Origin: an uncultured Candidatus Saccharibacteria bacterium
GTDB taxonomy: Bacteria; Patescibacteriota; Minisyncoccia; Phycocordibacterales; Phycocordibacteraceae
DNA length: 24,000 bases
NCBI GenBank assembly: GCA_964473795.1
Contig: CAYYQT010000004.1
Coordinates: 24,045-48,044 of the forward strand
Reading direction: 5' to 3'
Shown here: positions 23,193-24,000 of the stretch, in pieces
Numbering within the stretch: position 1 is the stretch's first letter
Layout: every line of letters starts with the position of its first letter
The notes under the pieces: model-generated
Seen by the model: only the letters and a program-made list of their open reading frames with translations
Databases searched by the model: none
What the model was told of the DNA's origin: nothing
Position numbers and translations under genes: made by a program

Positions 23193-24000
23193 GCAGTGTT
23201 TCTAGTTGTTGTTTTGTTTGTGAAAACTCGGCAATATTTTCAGCTGGTGTTTTGGCTAGCATAGTGTCAAAAGATTGTGACTGTTCTTGTGAATAGTCGC
23301 GTCTGATATAGGTTGCCGTAATTGCGTTTAAGTTACGGCTTTGTGTTGAGCCGCTTATGGTACTTGTGGTTATTGTACCTATCAGGTTACCGTATGCATC
23401 TACTATACCCCCTCCAGAGGACCCTTCTTGGGCTGCAGCAGTGCCTCCAAGTGATATAAGGTCTATTGTACTAGTCACAAAGGTAAAAACGTCTTGTATA
23501 GACGCATATACTATTGTTGGATATAAAGATGTTTGTATCTCGCTAACAGATAGGAATTGTGCTGCGTATGACCCTATTACGACGGGAGTACCTTTTTTTT
23601 GTTGGTGTGTTGCAAGTGGTAGGTATTGAAAGGTCGCTGGGAGTGGTTTTTGTGTCGCACTTTTTGTTATAAAAAGGAGTGCAATGTCGTGTTCTCCTGT
23701 ACCTGTTGGTTGTGTTTGTTTAACTACAGTTCTGTTTTCAGAAATCCACGCTGGAGATATGAACATTAACTTTGCTTTATAGGCTGGTCTTGCTGGGCTG
23801 CCTGTTCTTATTGTACAAGACGTACTGTTTTTGGTCGGGTAGTTTTTTAGAAGAAAGTACTGTGCTATGTGTGCATTGGTTAGTATGATTCCTCTTGGGT
23901 CGATAATCGTACCGCTTCCCGAAATATATCTAGAAGATCCGCTTGCAGAGCTTGTACATATAATGTTTACAAGCGCTGCTCGTATTTTTGTAGCACTTGC
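23164..24000 (-). CDS. trypsin-like (S1 family) serine protease, C-terminal part (N-terminus beyond window end)
   Basis: I extended the track ORF (23164-23766) by hand. The frame stays open to base 24000 (...GTIIDPRGIILTNAHIAQYF...). The catalytic triad context is TNAHI (His), HDIALL (Asp) and EGSSGGGIV (Ser). Confidence 0.8.
   Translation of the reverse strand, partial: ASATKIRAALVNIICTSSASGSSRYISGSGTIIDPRGIILTNAHIAQYFLLKNYPTKNSTSCTIRTGSPARPAYKAKLMFISPAWISENRTVVKQTQPTGTGEHDIALLFITKSATQKPLPATFQYLPLATHQQKKGTPVVIGSYAAQFLSVSEIQTSLYPTIVYASIQDVFTFVTSTIDLISLGGTAAAQEGSSGGGIVDAYGNLIGTITTSTISGSTQSRNLNAITATYIRRDYSQEQSQSFDTMLAKTPAENIAEFSQTKQQLETLLTQALSSSQ

Noticed and set aside
1-24000. CRISPR arrays, rRNA genes, IS elements or transposases, and known defence or toxin-antitoxin genes.
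   Set aside because: I found no spaced direct-repeat arrays, no rRNA-like conserved blocks and no DDE/HUH/RT/Cas-like motifs in any long ORF. The only tandem repeat is the 2 x 21 nt duplication inside the 169-aa ORF.

Overview
This is a low-GC, tightly packed bacterial chromosome segment. Spot counts on single 60-nt lines give 20-23 G+C of 60 in typical regions. Gene content is small housekeeping genes, TM-anchored surface proteins and almost no biosynthesis. That pattern suggests a reduced-genome organism, possibly Patescibacteria/CPR, but this is inference only.

Minus-strand block 1-7651: a four-gene envelope operon (a partial ORF, a TrbL/VirB6-like polytopic membrane protein, a TrbJ/VirB5-like secreted protein and a TM-anchored DxDxDG-motif protein), followed upstream by rsmA and a PcrA/UvrD helicase.

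The middle of the window carries a LysM-M23 peptidase, YifB/ComM ATPase, a DksA/TraR zinc-finger protein, a 460-aa membrane protein, an NYN-domain protein, rpsO, a Xer-type tyrosine recombinase, exonuclease III, the CCA-adding enzyme, tRNA-Arg(UCG) and a stand-alone prephenate dehydratase domain. The right end carries YraN, tRNA-Pro(UGG), an MscS-family channel and a partial trypsin-like protease.

The outstanding region is about 18.44-21.22 kb, a compositionally foreign patchwork (27-34 G+C of 60 in spot counts) around tRNA-Gly(GCC). It holds two orphan ORFs with strong Shine-Dalgarno sites (169 aa on the minus strand, 339 aa on the plus strand). The 339-aa ORF has a near-consensus sigma70 promoter and a leader of about 210 nt. 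Its 275-nt GC-rich hairpin-dense 3' region ends in a complete type III hammerhead ribozyme at 21154-21204, exactly at the composition boundary.

I found no CRISPR array, rRNA, transposase or recognisable defence gene.
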